Assembly: GCA_050012755.1 (NCBI GenBank)
Contig: JBEKGO010000026.1
Span: 1-64,000 of the forward strand
From: Candidatus Bathyarchaeia archaeon
GTDB taxonomy: Archaea > Thermoproteota > Bathyarchaeia > Bathyarchaeales > Bathycorpusculaceae
DNA length: 64,000 bases
Direction: 5' to 3'
A program made the translations under genes and the position numbers. Below the pieces are notes generated by a model. That model was given only the letters and a program-made list of their open reading frames with translations. It was not told where the DNA came from and searched no databases. This document shows, piece by piece, positions 38,632-47,644 of this stretch. How positions within the stretch are numbered: the stretch's first letter is position 1; every line of letters starts with the position of its first letter.

Positions 38632-39599
38632 CCTGCTAAGAAGTGTGATAATATGAGTAGGACTGCGATTATGATGAGTGCGTATCCGAGGGTTTTGCCG
38701 TTGATTAGTCTTGTTAGCCAGGATTTTTTGCCGGCGTTCATGATGGTTTTGTGGCGTTTTAGAAAGGCTTCCAGTCGTTTGTCGCTGAGTTCTATGATGT
38801 CTTCTGGTCCTTCTTTGTGGTATTGTTCTGCTTCGTTTTCTAGGTAGAGGTTTCTGTTGGTGACTTCTGCGACTTTGTGTTTTAGGTCTTTGATGGAGAG
38901 GTCTTTGGCGTCTGCGACTGATAGTTCCATGGTTGGGAATTGTTTTCCTTGGTTTTTGTTTATTCTGCTGTAGATTTCGCTGCAGCTGTGGATGAGGCAT
39001 ATGGGGATTCGTGAGGAGCCTCTTTCGTCCCAGTATATTACTGAGAGTGCTATGTTTTCGCATGTGGGGTGTCCTACGAAGAGGTTTCTGTAGAAGAATT
39101 CGCCGTGTCCGGTGCGGGCGAATGATTTGTTCCAGTCTGTGGGGGTTTTCCATATGGCGTAGTTGAAGATGTCGGGGTATGGTCGATCGGCTTCTTGATA
39201 TTCGTTTTTGTCGTTGAAGTTTACTCGGTAGGCGCATGACCCGTCTTGGTATTTTTCTATTTGTTCCCATCCTTTTGGCGGTATGAGTAAGTCGTAGCTG
39301 ATTTGTTGACCATCTGGGAAGAACCAGTGTGATTGTGGGAATGGTATGAAGCTGGCGACGTCTGCTTGCAGCTTATAGTAGAATATTAGTATGTAGACAA
39401 TCCAGGCGATGAATCCAACGGTCGTTGCTGTGCTTTTCCATGCGGCTGGGGCGAATAGTTCGATGGCGAACCATCCTGCGAGGAAGGGGGCAACGATGGC
39501 AGCTGCCATTTTGAAGCTGTTGCTTGTTTGGTTCAGTCCCGAATGTGCTCCTCGGTTTACTATGATTTTTCGAAGTTTTATAAGAAATGACATATTCAT
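38622..39599 (-). CDS. Membrane protein (2 N-terminal TM, coiled coil, C-terminal TM)
   Basis: Hydrophobicity pattern; ATGA overlap with the upstream gene. Confidence 0.75.
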   Translation of the reverse strand: MNMSFLIKLRKIIVNRGAHSGLNQTSNSFKMAAAIVAPFLAGWFAIELFAPAAWKSTATTVGFIAWIVYILIFYYKLQADVASFIPFPQSHWFFPDGQQISYDLLIPPKGWEQIEKYQDGSCAYRVNFNDKNEYQEADRPYPDIFNYAIWKTPTDWNKSFARTGHGEFFYRNLFVGHPTCENIALSVIYWDERGSSRIPICLIHSCSEIYSRINKNQGKQFPTMELSVADAKDLSIKDLKHKVAEVTNRNLYLENEAEQYHKEGPEDIIELSDKRLEAFLKRHKTIMNAGKKSWLTRLINGKTLGYALIIIAVLLILSHFLAGWP

Positions 39600-39865
39600 T
39601 GGCCTTCTAAGTTTGCTTTGTTTTCAGGTTTGGAGTCAGGAGCTAAGGATTTTGCCGCTTTGATGTCGCGGAATAGTTCTTCTGCCTCTGCTAGTTTCTT
39701 CTTTAGTTTAATGTTTTCTTCAAGAACTGGCTTAACAATATCTTCCGCTGTTTCCTCGTTGACTTGTGTCTTTGTGTGTTGCATGCGCCGGTATGTTGTG
39801 AAGCTGAAGATTGCGCCGGCGGTTGAGATGAACCCGGTAAAAAGAAGAAAAAAAGTAGGTATCAT
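39596..39865 (-). CDS. Single-TM coiled-coil protein
   Basis: N-terminal TM, LEENIKLKKKLAEAEE. Confidence 0.65.
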   Translation of the reverse strand: MIPTFFLLFTGFISTAGAIFSFTTYRRMQHTKTQVNEETAEDIVKPVLEENIKLKKKLAEAEELFRDIKAAKSLAPDSKPENKANLEGQ

Positions 39866-39883
39866 TCTCCCTCTGTCTCTCCC

Positions 39884-40366
39884 TTAAGAAGACGGCGCTA
39901 TCGTTACGGTTGGTGTTGTTTGGATTGCGGTGGTTCCTGTGTTGACGTTGGTGACTGTCCATGTGAATGTTTGGCTTGTTCCAGCAGCTATCGTAACTGG
40001 AAATGTTGACGGGGATGTTAGGACGAAGCTCAGGGCATTGCCAGCGTCGCCGTCACCGGTTGTGATTCCAGCTAAGGCAATGGTTGAGATCCCTTGTCCA
40101 TTGTTCTTTATAGTGATGGATAAGGGTGCTGTAGTTGCTACGGTTGAAGCGGGAAAGGTCAGCGACGTTGTGCCTATTCCGCTTGTTGGAGCGTTGCCGT
40201 TGTATGAAGCGGCGGTTATGATGTCTTGACTAGCTGCTGGAGGCACAGTGTTTGTGCCTAAATTAGCACTGAGGTTTACTATTGCTTGGCCGAAAGAAGC
40301 AAAAGCGACAGCTACTAGGATTAAGCCAACTGTTAGGGCAAGGGATTGTTTTATTTTTTGGTTCAT
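39884..40366 (-). CDS. Secreted Thr-rich Ig-like protein
   Basis: Likely start MNQKIKQSLALTVGLILV at 40366 (ATGA overlap with the upstream gene); signal peptide, beta-rich. Confidence 0.7.
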   Translation of the reverse strand: MNQKIKQSLALTVGLILVAVAFASFGQAIVNLSANLGTNTVPPAASQDIITAASYNGNAPTSGIGTTSLTFPASTVATTAPLSITIKNNGQGISTIALAGITTGDGDAGNALSFVLTSPSTFPVTIAAGTSQTFTWTVTNVNTGTTAIQTTPTVTIAPSS

Positions 40367-40608
40367 GGTCTCTTTTTCACCTCCGCGTGGCGTTCTTTTT
40401 GGAATACTATAAAGATCCTGCCATCTAGGTCGCGTTCTATGTGTGCTTCGAAAATGATGTGGGATCCTGAGAGTTGAGGAAAACTTTTCCGCCATGACGC
40501 GGGAACGCGGAGCATGTCACTTGTTCCAGCTCGTTTAAGTTCAATCTCCTCTGTATTGCTGATAATTTCCCTCTCTTGTTCAGACATTTCATTCATCTTC
40601 TTATACAA
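40363..40608 (-). CDS. AbrB/SpoVT-like DNA-binding protein
   Basis: ELKRAGTSDMLRVPASWRK swapped-hairpin motif; next to the divergent promoter. Confidence 0.6.
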   Translation of the reverse strand: MYKKMNEMSEQEREIISNTEEIELKRAGTSDMLRVPASWRKSFPQLSGSHIIFEAHIERDLDGRIFIVFQKERHAEVKKRP

Positions 40609-40611
40609 AAT

Positions 40612-40660
40612 TTTGTATATTATGCCGTATCTTATTGAAGCCTATATAAGCTTTAAAAGT
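40612..40660. promoter_or_regulatory. Divergent promoter region of the membrane-protein module
   Basis: AT-rich; CCTATATAAG and CTTTAAAA boxes between head-to-head operons. Confidence 0.5.
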
Positions 40661-41702
40661 GCTCTGCGCAGCTAAGCGTCTAACCGAAAAAATAGGAAAA
40701 ATCAAAGGAGGAGAAAAAACGAATCATATAAGGCGTTTTCTCCACTCAACCACGGCAAAAACAAACTACGGCTTAGTACTCGTTGCAGTCATCATCGTAG
40801 CAGTTGGAGTTATGGGTCTTGACCGAGGTTGGTTTGGAAATATCCAACTTCCTTTCTCAATCTCTGGAAACTCTGGAAGCTCAAGCGGTGTAAATGTGAA
40901 CCGTGAAGTCATGTTTACGTTATCAGACAAATACGCAGGAAACGTACTGACATCAAAAACACTTGTGGTCTACAATTCGCTTTTGGAACAAGTCGAATCT
41001 CTCACCACTGGCTCAGACGGAACAGCACACACAGCGCACCCATATCAAAGCGGAACACAGCTTTACGTGAAATACGTTAGCAGCAACACAAAACAATGGT
41101 TCCCAGTTACAGTTCCCACAATGCTCTCAAGCGAGCAACAAGTCTCACAGTACAACCCAGTTGCTCTCGACGCTTTCACAATCGGCACAGGCGGGATCTC
41201 CTTACGCGCTGGCGGCGTAGCTGTAACAGACAGCTATACCGATGGCGATCCTGGAACAACCGATACGCCAACTTTCACTCTTGAACTATACAACAACGGC
41301 GCTGACAACACTGGCATGATTGAAAGCACAAATCCAATTTTAAATCAGGCGTGGGACCTATATCTAGTTGTAACAATCTCTGGCAAGGGATATGAAAACA
41401 TTGTCTACAGCGGATTTGACCAACAGTACACTTTAGGCACCACATACTACGGAGCTAGCCACCTAAGTGCAGACGGCTTCACCAAATGGAAGACAGGAAG
41501 CACTTACGAAACTGGGTACGCTGGCGATCAAACAGCCTCCTGGAGTCTTGACCTATCAGGGGCTTCTGGCAACACTGCAACAATGAACGTCTACGTCTAC
41601 GCTTACTGCGATCCGACTTATGCACAGACTCATGGCGGCAACTTAGGCAACGACAAGTATCAGCTGGCAACGCTTTCTGTTGACTTGAGCTACGGCGATT
41701 AA
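40659..41702 (+). CDS. N-terminally anchored beta-rich extracellular protein; candidate major structural protein (start uncertain)
   Basis: TM helix YGLVLVAVIIVAVGVMGL, Ser/Gly linker, Thr/Gly/Tyr-rich body. Confidence 0.7.
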   Translation: MLCAAKRLTEKIGKIKGGEKTNHIRRFLHSTTAKTNYGLVLVAVIIVAVGVMGLDRGWFGNIQLPFSISGNSGSSSGVNVNREVMFTLSDKYAGNVLTSKTLVVYNSLLEQVESLTTGSDGTAHTAHPYQSGTQLYVKYVSSNTKQWFPVTVPTMLSSEQQVSQYNPVALDAFTIGTGGISLRAGGVAVTDSYTDGDPGTTDTPTFTLELYNNGADNTGMIESTNPILNQAWDLYLVVTISGKGYENIVYSGFDQQYTLGTTYYGASHLSADGFTKWKTGSTYETGYAGDQTASWSLDLSGASGNTATMNVYVYAYCDPTYAQTHGGNLGNDKYQLATLSVDLSYGD

Positions 41703-41724
41703 CCTGAAGCTCTGAGGAATCTTT

Positions 41725-42090
41725 ATGAAATTTGACTTGATGGCCATAATTTTGATGATTATTGCCATTGCGGTCGGGCAGTTCATAGGCGGATACCTCG
41801 TGGCTTACATTGGCTCAATCGGCGGCGGCATTGTCGGTTCCTTGCTTACGGGTTTGATTGTCTACGTCATCTACACTTTTGCATCTAAAGGCAAGTTCAC
41901 TGTTGGTAATGCTGTAATCTTTGCTATGTTGATTTACGTCGCTAACATCATTGCGGCTTATGCGAGCGGCTTGATCGGGATTGGCGGAGGTTATCTGTCG
42001 CTTGTGATTGCAGGGGTCTTTATGGCTTTGCTTTGGGGTTGGGTTGGAGGAAAAAACGCGCAGCCGAAAATGAAAGCACCGAAGCTCTAA
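41725..42090 (+). CDS. Small 4-TM hydrophobic protein with an internal duplication; candidate envelope/capsid protein
   Basis: Two KF..(hydrophobic)..IGGG..(hydrophobic) halves and a basic tail. Confidence 0.75.
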   Translation: MKFDLMAIILMIIAIAVGQFIGGYLVAYIGSIGGGIVGSLLTGLIVYVIYTFASKGKFTVGNAVIFAMLIYVANIIAAYASGLIGIGGGYLSLVIAGVFMALLWGWVGGKNAQPKMKAPKL

Positions 42091-42115
42091 ATTTTCTTCC
42101 CTTTTTTTCTGTTTT
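42091..42115 (+). terminator. Oligo-T terminator after the first two module genes
   Basis: TTTTCTTCCCTTTTTTTCTGTTTT. Confidence 0.55.
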
Positions 42116-42164
42116 GTCGGTTAACTCAAGTCAACAAGGCACAAGATCATGGAGCGTTAACAGT

Positions 42165-42932
42165 TTGGCGAATTCGGGTCTGCTCATTATGGGAGCGGTG
42201 GTTCTTATCGTTATAGTACTTTTCGGTGGCACCATTGTTGCTTTTGCGTCAAATGCTTTTTCGTCCTTGAACGCTGGAATCGCCAACTTCTTTAAGCAAC
42301 TTGGCGGCAGCTTAGGTTTTAACAATACATCGCCTTCTCCAACGGCCACTCCTAGTGGTGGATCTCCAAGTCCTACGCCCACTGCAACAGGCGTCGGGGG
42401 TAACGCTGCAGCTACTGCATGGTTTGCCTTTACCCTGCATTTCAGTGACGGTACCACTCAGGACCTGAATATGAATCCGACATTCAGTATTTTTCCGTTA
42501 TCAATTACCTGGCAGGGCAAAGATGTTTCCAGTATGGATGTGCTTATTCGTTTGAAGGTTACTGGAACTAATCTTGGCGCTTGGAGTACCGTTTCGTCGC
42601 AGCATATTGAGATTTATCTTAGTCCGTCATCTACGCCCGCAACAAGTTCTACAGGCTCTTTCAGCGATAAGGGTAATGGCTGGAATAGTGGTGCATCAAA
42701 TACCATTCAGGCAACTACGATTTCTGGGGCTACGCTTGATGCACTTTTTGGTGAGTATGGCACTGGCACATGGATTTTTCAAACTACTGGTACCGTTTCG
42801 TTGACAATGAATGGGCAACAGTATAGTGCTAACCTGGGGCAAAATGACGTTATTCTGCAGAATAGTGAAACATTGAGTGTTTCTTCACTGACTACCAGCC
42901 ATCTAACGACAACACAGTTAACGCATAAATAA
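42165..42932 (+). CDS. Membrane-anchored extracellular protein with PT/PS linker
   Basis: Likely TTG start at 42165 (MANSGLLIMG), TM, amphipathic helix, SPSPTATP linker. Confidence 0.7.
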   Translation: MANSGLLIMGAVVLIVIVLFGGTIVAFASNAFSSLNAGIANFFKQLGGSLGFNNTSPSPTATPSGGSPSPTPTATGVGGNAAATAWFAFTLHFSDGTTQDLNMNPTFSIFPLSITWQGKDVSSMDVLIRLKVTGTNLGAWSTVSSQHIEIYLSPSSTPATSSTGSFSDKGNGWNSGASNTIQATTISGATLDALFGEYGTGTWIFQTTGTVSLTMNGQQYSANLGQNDVILQNSETLSVSSLTTSHLTTTQLTHK

Positions 42933-42948
42933 GGGGACTAAAAGAAAC

Positions 42949-44193
42949 ATGCGGAAAGCTGGAAACTTTCGGGTAATCGGTCTAGTTATCGTAGTTGGCA
43001 TCTTTGTTTTTATTATAAGTTCTTCTAGCCCTGAAAGAAGTTTCCAACTTTCAACTTCGGGCTATAGCTCCGCCTTTGAGGGTCCGAGCGCTCAATTCTT
43101 CGGGGTGAAATATAACGATATGGAGTATACCGCGAGCAATGCGCATGGGGCTTCTGAGCATGAGTTTGATACGGTTATGCACTTCGATCCTGACGGCATC
43201 TCTAGCGGGATGCCAAAAATAAATGGAGAAATGACCGCTGTTTTTCTACCGGAGGAATCTTTATCATCTGTCCCGTCATGGGTTCCAGAAAGTTGGCTTC
43301 TAAGCAATGGATATGTGAGTAATCCTGTTACTGGCGTTGGCGGCGTAAATCCGCCATGGAACTGGAACGTAAGCAACCTAATGATTCAGATGCAAGAGTA
43401 TGATATGCGATGGTACGTCTCATTTAATTCTGCCTGGAGTGGAGCGTCACAACCTAACCCCAGTGGAGCACCATATGATTACAGTACAGGAGAAGCACCT
43501 AACCCAACATACGCGCAAAATTTAGCTGGAGACGTATGGAAGAATGCATATCAAAATACCGAAGTCTGGATTAAATTTGATATCACGCCAACATGGTATA
43601 TTCAAGGCGGTGGCACTGCCTATTTCGCAATAGCTGAATGCAATTTAGCGACTACAGCTTCCATGCAAACGAAAGATAACAATGGAAACATCTATCCGGC
43701 AAGCACAACTGAAAGCATTTTTCCATATAGCCAGAATGATCCACTTTACCTCTATTATGGAGCTTTTGGAACTGGTTCTGAATCCAGTGGAGCGCCAGAG
43801 CAATATGAGGGAAAGAATCTTAATCCTGCATACTTCACTAATGCACTTTACGCGCATATTGACTTACAAAATTTTGGAGTATCAACTTATCCAGTTAACG
43901 GTTTAAGCTCACGTGTACAAGGTGACGTTGCTACATTTGAGTTTGACACACGCGTCTTTGTCATTGGACAATACACAGTTCAAGATATCCAGAAATCGCC
44001 ATCCCAGTATGGCCTGACTTCGCCCTCTCAGATTCAAGGTGTAAACTGGCTGACTGGAATTATCGGTTGGCTCAGCTCTCCAACCAACGATGCATTACTA
44101 ATGGGTGTCATAATCCTTGTTTTGATTATTATTTTCGCACCCTGGCTCCTTCTGGTAATTGTTTCTTTGTTCGCAGGCGGCAGAAAGAGGTAG
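42949..44193 (+). CDS. Extracellular protein with N-terminal signal and C-terminal TM; candidate spike
   Basis: Hydrophobic termini, basic tail GGRKR, aromatic/beta-rich ectodomain. Confidence 0.75.
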   Translation: MRKAGNFRVIGLVIVVGIFVFIISSSSPERSFQLSTSGYSSAFEGPSAQFFGVKYNDMEYTASNAHGASEHEFDTVMHFDPDGISSGMPKINGEMTAVFLPEESLSSVPSWVPESWLLSNGYVSNPVTGVGGVNPPWNWNVSNLMIQMQEYDMRWYVSFNSAWSGASQPNPSGAPYDYSTGEAPNPTYAQNLAGDVWKNAYQNTEVWIKFDITPTWYIQGGGTAYFAIAECNLATTASMQTKDNNGNIYPASTTESIFPYSQNDPLYLYYGAFGTGSESSGAPEQYEGKNLNPAYFTNALYAHIDLQNFGVSTYPVNGLSSRVQGDVATFEFDTRVFVIGQYTVQDIQKSPSQYGLTSPSQIQGVNWLTGIIGWLSSPTNDALLMGVIILVLIIIFAPWLLLVIVSLFAGGRKR

Positions 44194-44199
44194 CATCAT

Positions 44200-44931
44200 A
44201 TGTCTGCATCTTTAAGCGCTCAAATTATCGATAAGATCCTTGTCAAAACCAGATTTACGAATGGAAAATCAAAAGGAGACGGATCGAGCGGGCAAAAGAA
44301 GCCTTACACTGTTGGCTTTTTTGGTTCAATCGCTTTAGCCGGCGCAATCCTCGTCTACTTATTCAGCACAACATTCGATCCTACAAGCTTCAACCAATTC
44401 CTCGTTATGCTTAGTATCTTGATTGCCGGCGTTTTGCTCAGTGTTACTATGGTTGGGGTCAAGTTTATGCCGTTCAACCTGAAGAACTTGTTGACTGATT
44501 TATTGAGCACTGGCGTAGCTTTCGTTAGTATCTATGTTATAAGTGGATTCACTGCAAGTGCAACGTCAATTACGGCTGGGCAATCTCCGATCGGTCCGAT
44601 TAGCTTCGGGATATTAAGTGGTGTGGCTGAAGGCTGGTTTTTTCATCTTTGGCTTGTCGCTTGGCTTAGCGATTTAGCTTCTCCTTGGATAGGTGTACCC
44701 GCTTCTTCGCTTGTTTGGGCTATTTTCCATGTTGCCAGGTACGGTGGTAACGTTAATTTGGATTTTTCGTCGATTCAAACCTTCCTTAATAGTGTTTTTT
44801 CAAGCGGTGGCATGCTCTTGACCATCTTTATTGTTGGACTGCCATTGGGTGCTTTGACGATTTATTTCCGCTCGAATGACGGCCCAGTTTTCGGCCACAT
44901 GTTAGCGAACGCTTTAGTGGGGGGATCTTAA
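44200..44931 (+). CDS. CPBP/Abi (type II CAAX-like) intramembrane protease
   Basis: GVAEGWFFH (EE..FR variant), SSLVWAIFH, FGHMLAN. Confidence 0.7.
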   Translation: MSASLSAQIIDKILVKTRFTNGKSKGDGSSGQKKPYTVGFFGSIALAGAILVYLFSTTFDPTSFNQFLVMLSILIAGVLLSVTMVGVKFMPFNLKNLLTDLLSTGVAFVSIYVISGFTASATSITAGQSPIGPISFGILSGVAEGWFFHLWLVAWLSDLASPWIGVPASSLVWAIFHVARYGGNVNLDFSSIQTFLNSVFSSGGMLLTIFIVGLPLGALTIYFRSNDGPVFGHMLANALVGGS

Positions 44932-44934
44932 GAA

Positions 44935-45762
44935 ATGTGGAACTTTAAGTCCAAGAATAGGAAGATCTTAGCGTTTACGGCTTGCCTCTTGATAGCCGCG
45001 TTAATCTTGATTTCAGTAGGTCAACAATCGGCTAAGGCTGACTCTGACATTTTTGTTGCCGGTAATAGCGGGACATACACAGGAGATTTTTCTATGTTTG
45101 ACATTTATCCAGCTTCAGGTGGAGCGATTTCTCAAAGTTTTATTGTAGCAGGTAGTAGTTTGCAAATTACTACAGCGTCTTGTGCGCTCGATTATGCTGG
45201 AAGCCCAGTGTGCAACATAAGTGCAGCATTATATGATTGTTCAGGAGCTACAGGCAGCGAAATTCCAAGTAGTGCCCCATTATGCGTAAGTGTTCCTATA
45301 GCATTCAGCACGTCTAATCTTGCTCCCACTTTTAATTTTATAAATGGAGCGGTGATGGCTCACGGGAATGACTTTTGCTTGGTTATTTTTTGTTCATCTG
45401 GTACATTAGTTGATGGCAGTAACTATGTAGCGGTAGAAACTACCCCTCAGAATCTTGAGGGTAATTGTGGATGGTGGATTGGTAGTTGGATCACTTATGA
45501 TGACAAAAACATGATATTTTCAGTGTATGGTGCAACTCCTTCGCCTACTCCAACTCCTACGCCTTCACCGCAACCGACAGGTTCTCCCACACCAGACTCA
45601 ACTGCAACACCAGCTCCCACAGATACGTGGCACCCAATAGGCGGAACCAACCCAACTGAAACAACACTAAACATCAATGTCCCAGAGCTTCTCCTAATCG
45701 TAGGTGTCTCCGTTGGCGTTTTCGTAGTTCTCCGAGGTGGAAAGAAAGGAGGCAAAAAATAA
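44935..45762 (+). CDS. Secreted Cys-containing beta protein with PT linker and C-terminal anchor
   Basis: Signal peptide AKA/DS, PSPTPTPTPSP linker, VPE + TM + RGGKKGGKK. Confidence 0.75.
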   Translation: MWNFKSKNRKILAFTACLLIAALILISVGQQSAKADSDIFVAGNSGTYTGDFSMFDIYPASGGAISQSFIVAGSSLQITTASCALDYAGSPVCNISAALYDCSGATGSEIPSSAPLCVSVPIAFSTSNLAPTFNFINGAVMAHGNDFCLVIFCSSGTLVDGSNYVAVETTPQNLEGNCGWWIGSWITYDDKNMIFSVYGATPSPTPTPTPSPQPTGSPTPDSTATPAPTDTWHPIGGTNPTETTLNINVPELLLIVGVSVGVFVVLRGGKKGGKK

Positions 45763-45766
45763 AATT

Positions 45767-47641
45767 ATGCAAAGATTCCTTAGGAAAGCCAGCGTTCTAC
45801 TAATCGCCTTGTTCCTGATAAGCTCAGCGGGGTTTATCTATCAAGCTAAAGCGCTCGGAGCAGCACATGAGCAAATATACACTACTAACGGCTCATACAA
45901 CGGCATCTTCTATCAAATAGTAGATGCAGGAACTAATTACGTATATCAACAAGGCTATGACCTCGCAGACTATAACTGCCTAATTTCTCCCCCATCAATA
46001 AACTTGAAGTTTGTAATTTCAACTATTCCAAGCAACTACACTTACTTGTACACTGAAGAGTGGGCAAGCAACGGTGCAGAAATGATTGACACAGGCATAG
46101 CTTTCTACAACAGCTCATGGGTTATGCCGCTGATAAGCAACCTCTATCATTTTGAAGTGCATGTTAGCTCTCCAGCTCCAACTCCAAGCCCATCTCCAAC
46201 ACCAACCTCTTCTCCTTCTCCATCACCATCAGCATCACCTTCACCTACTCCAACACCAATGCCTTTGATGCTTTCAGCAGATACAACATACAGCAGTAAC
46301 TGGGCAAATTACCATCATGATGCAGGGCAAACAGGTCGAGCAGACAACTACCCTTTATCATCTTCGCATAATATTTTGTGGTCTACTTCAACTCCAGCTG
46401 GAGTTGGCCGTTCTCCAGTGCTGTATGGCAGCTATGTTTACGCTTTAGGCGGAGGAGAAGGCGGAAGCATGAATTGTTACGATGCATTAACTGGAGATTT
46501 AGTGTGGGAGTTTGATTTTGCAGGACACGGCAACGTTCAATCGTCGCCAATAGCAGTAGATGGTAGAGTCTACTTTGGAACTTACCAAGGACTCTATTGC
46601 ATGAATGCATCTACAGGTACAGTTTTATGGCATAACAAAGTGTTCACTGGAAACGAATTTTCTACTCCAGCGTACTACAATGGTTGCGTATATAGCATAA
46701 CATCTGACGGCTTAGTTTGCTATAATGCAACTACAGGAGCAGACATCTGGGACCAACTGTACTATGGTTCTTATTCACCTTTACTTGTAACAAACAATCT
46801 TATTTTCTATGCTGACAGCGGCACAATCAATGTGCATGATGCTTCTACTGGCTTAGAGCTCCCATTCTCAAGCATGCCAGTAGGTGGCAATGGAGAATAT
46901 GCATCAGTTACAGTAGACAATGGAAAGTTGTTTGTTGTGAATCGTACAGATGTCAACACAGTAGATTGCATCAACATAAAAAATGGAGCACTTATTTGGG
47001 CAACTCCAATAGAAGATGCAGACCAAGAAGCGTCAATAGCAGTAAGCAACGGCTTAGTGCTCGTGCCAATATACACTTACTTAACAAACAATGTTTTGGT
47101 TGCCCTAAACGAAACTACTGGAGCTTCCGTTTGGAACTGTTCAGATGCATCTTTTGTTGGCTATCATAGCTCGCCAGCAGTAGCAAATGGAAAAGTGTTT
47201 GTAGTATCTGGAGATGCAAACGGCAGATTATTTGCAATAAACGAAGCTGCAGGCACAGTAGCATGGACAGTTGTTGGCTCTGCAACTGACGGAGGTTCTG
47301 AAAGTGACCCAGCAATTTACCAAGGCGTAGTCTACTTCACAGGAGTAGATGGCATGATGTATGCAATTGGAAACCCAACTTCTTCACCAACATCGACTCC
47401 AAACGGCGGTGGCGGGGGCGGCGGTGGAGGAGGCAGTGGTGGGACTGGCGGTAACGCTGGCGGGGGCGGCGGAACAAATCCTATCCAAAAATTAGTTGAT
47501 GCTTTAAAGAAGATTCCAGCGTGGGCACTCTGGGCACTTCTTGCTGTGCTCTTAATCGCTGGGATAGCGGGAGTTTTGAAAGGAAATAAGCACTCCAAGA
47601 TTCCTTCCCGGTCATTTAATCCTCAATTTATGGGAGTATGA
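45767..47641 (+). CDS. PQQ-like beta-propeller protein with PS/PT and poly-Gly linkers and C-terminal TM
   Basis: WANYHHDAGQTG, repeated SSP....G.V / NA.TG..W blades; likely start MQRFLRK after GGAGG. Confidence 0.85.
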   Translation: MQRFLRKASVLLIALFLISSAGFIYQAKALGAAHEQIYTTNGSYNGIFYQIVDAGTNYVYQQGYDLADYNCLISPPSINLKFVISTIPSNYTYLYTEEWASNGAEMIDTGIAFYNSSWVMPLISNLYHFEVHVSSPAPTPSPSPTPTSSPSPSPSASPSPTPTPMPLMLSADTTYSSNWANYHHDAGQTGRADNYPLSSSHNILWSTSTPAGVGRSPVLYGSYVYALGGGEGGSMNCYDALTGDLVWEFDFAGHGNVQSSPIAVDGRVYFGTYQGLYCMNASTGTVLWHNKVFTGNEFSTPAYYNGCVYSITSDGLVCYNATTGADIWDQLYYGSYSPLLVTNNLIFYADSGTINVHDASTGLELPFSSMPVGGNGEYASVTVDNGKLFVVNRTDVNTVDCINIKNGALIWATPIEDADQEASIAVSNGLVLVPIYTYLTNNVLVALNETTGASVWNCSDASFVGYHSSPAVANGKVFVVSGDANGRLFAINEAAGTVAWTVVGSATDGGSESDPAIYQGVVYFTGVDGMMYAIGNPTSSPTSTPNGGGGGGGGGGSGGTGGNAGGGGGTNPIQKLVDALKKIPAWALWALLAVLLIAGIAGVLKGNKHSKIPSRSFNPQFMGV

Positions 47642-47644
47642 GAG

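Noticed and set aside
38632-39270. 274-aa Arg/Gln-rich ORF 38446-39270
   Set aside because: It is an alternative-frame shadow of the membrane protein gene caused by compositional skew; only the last ~60 codons look real
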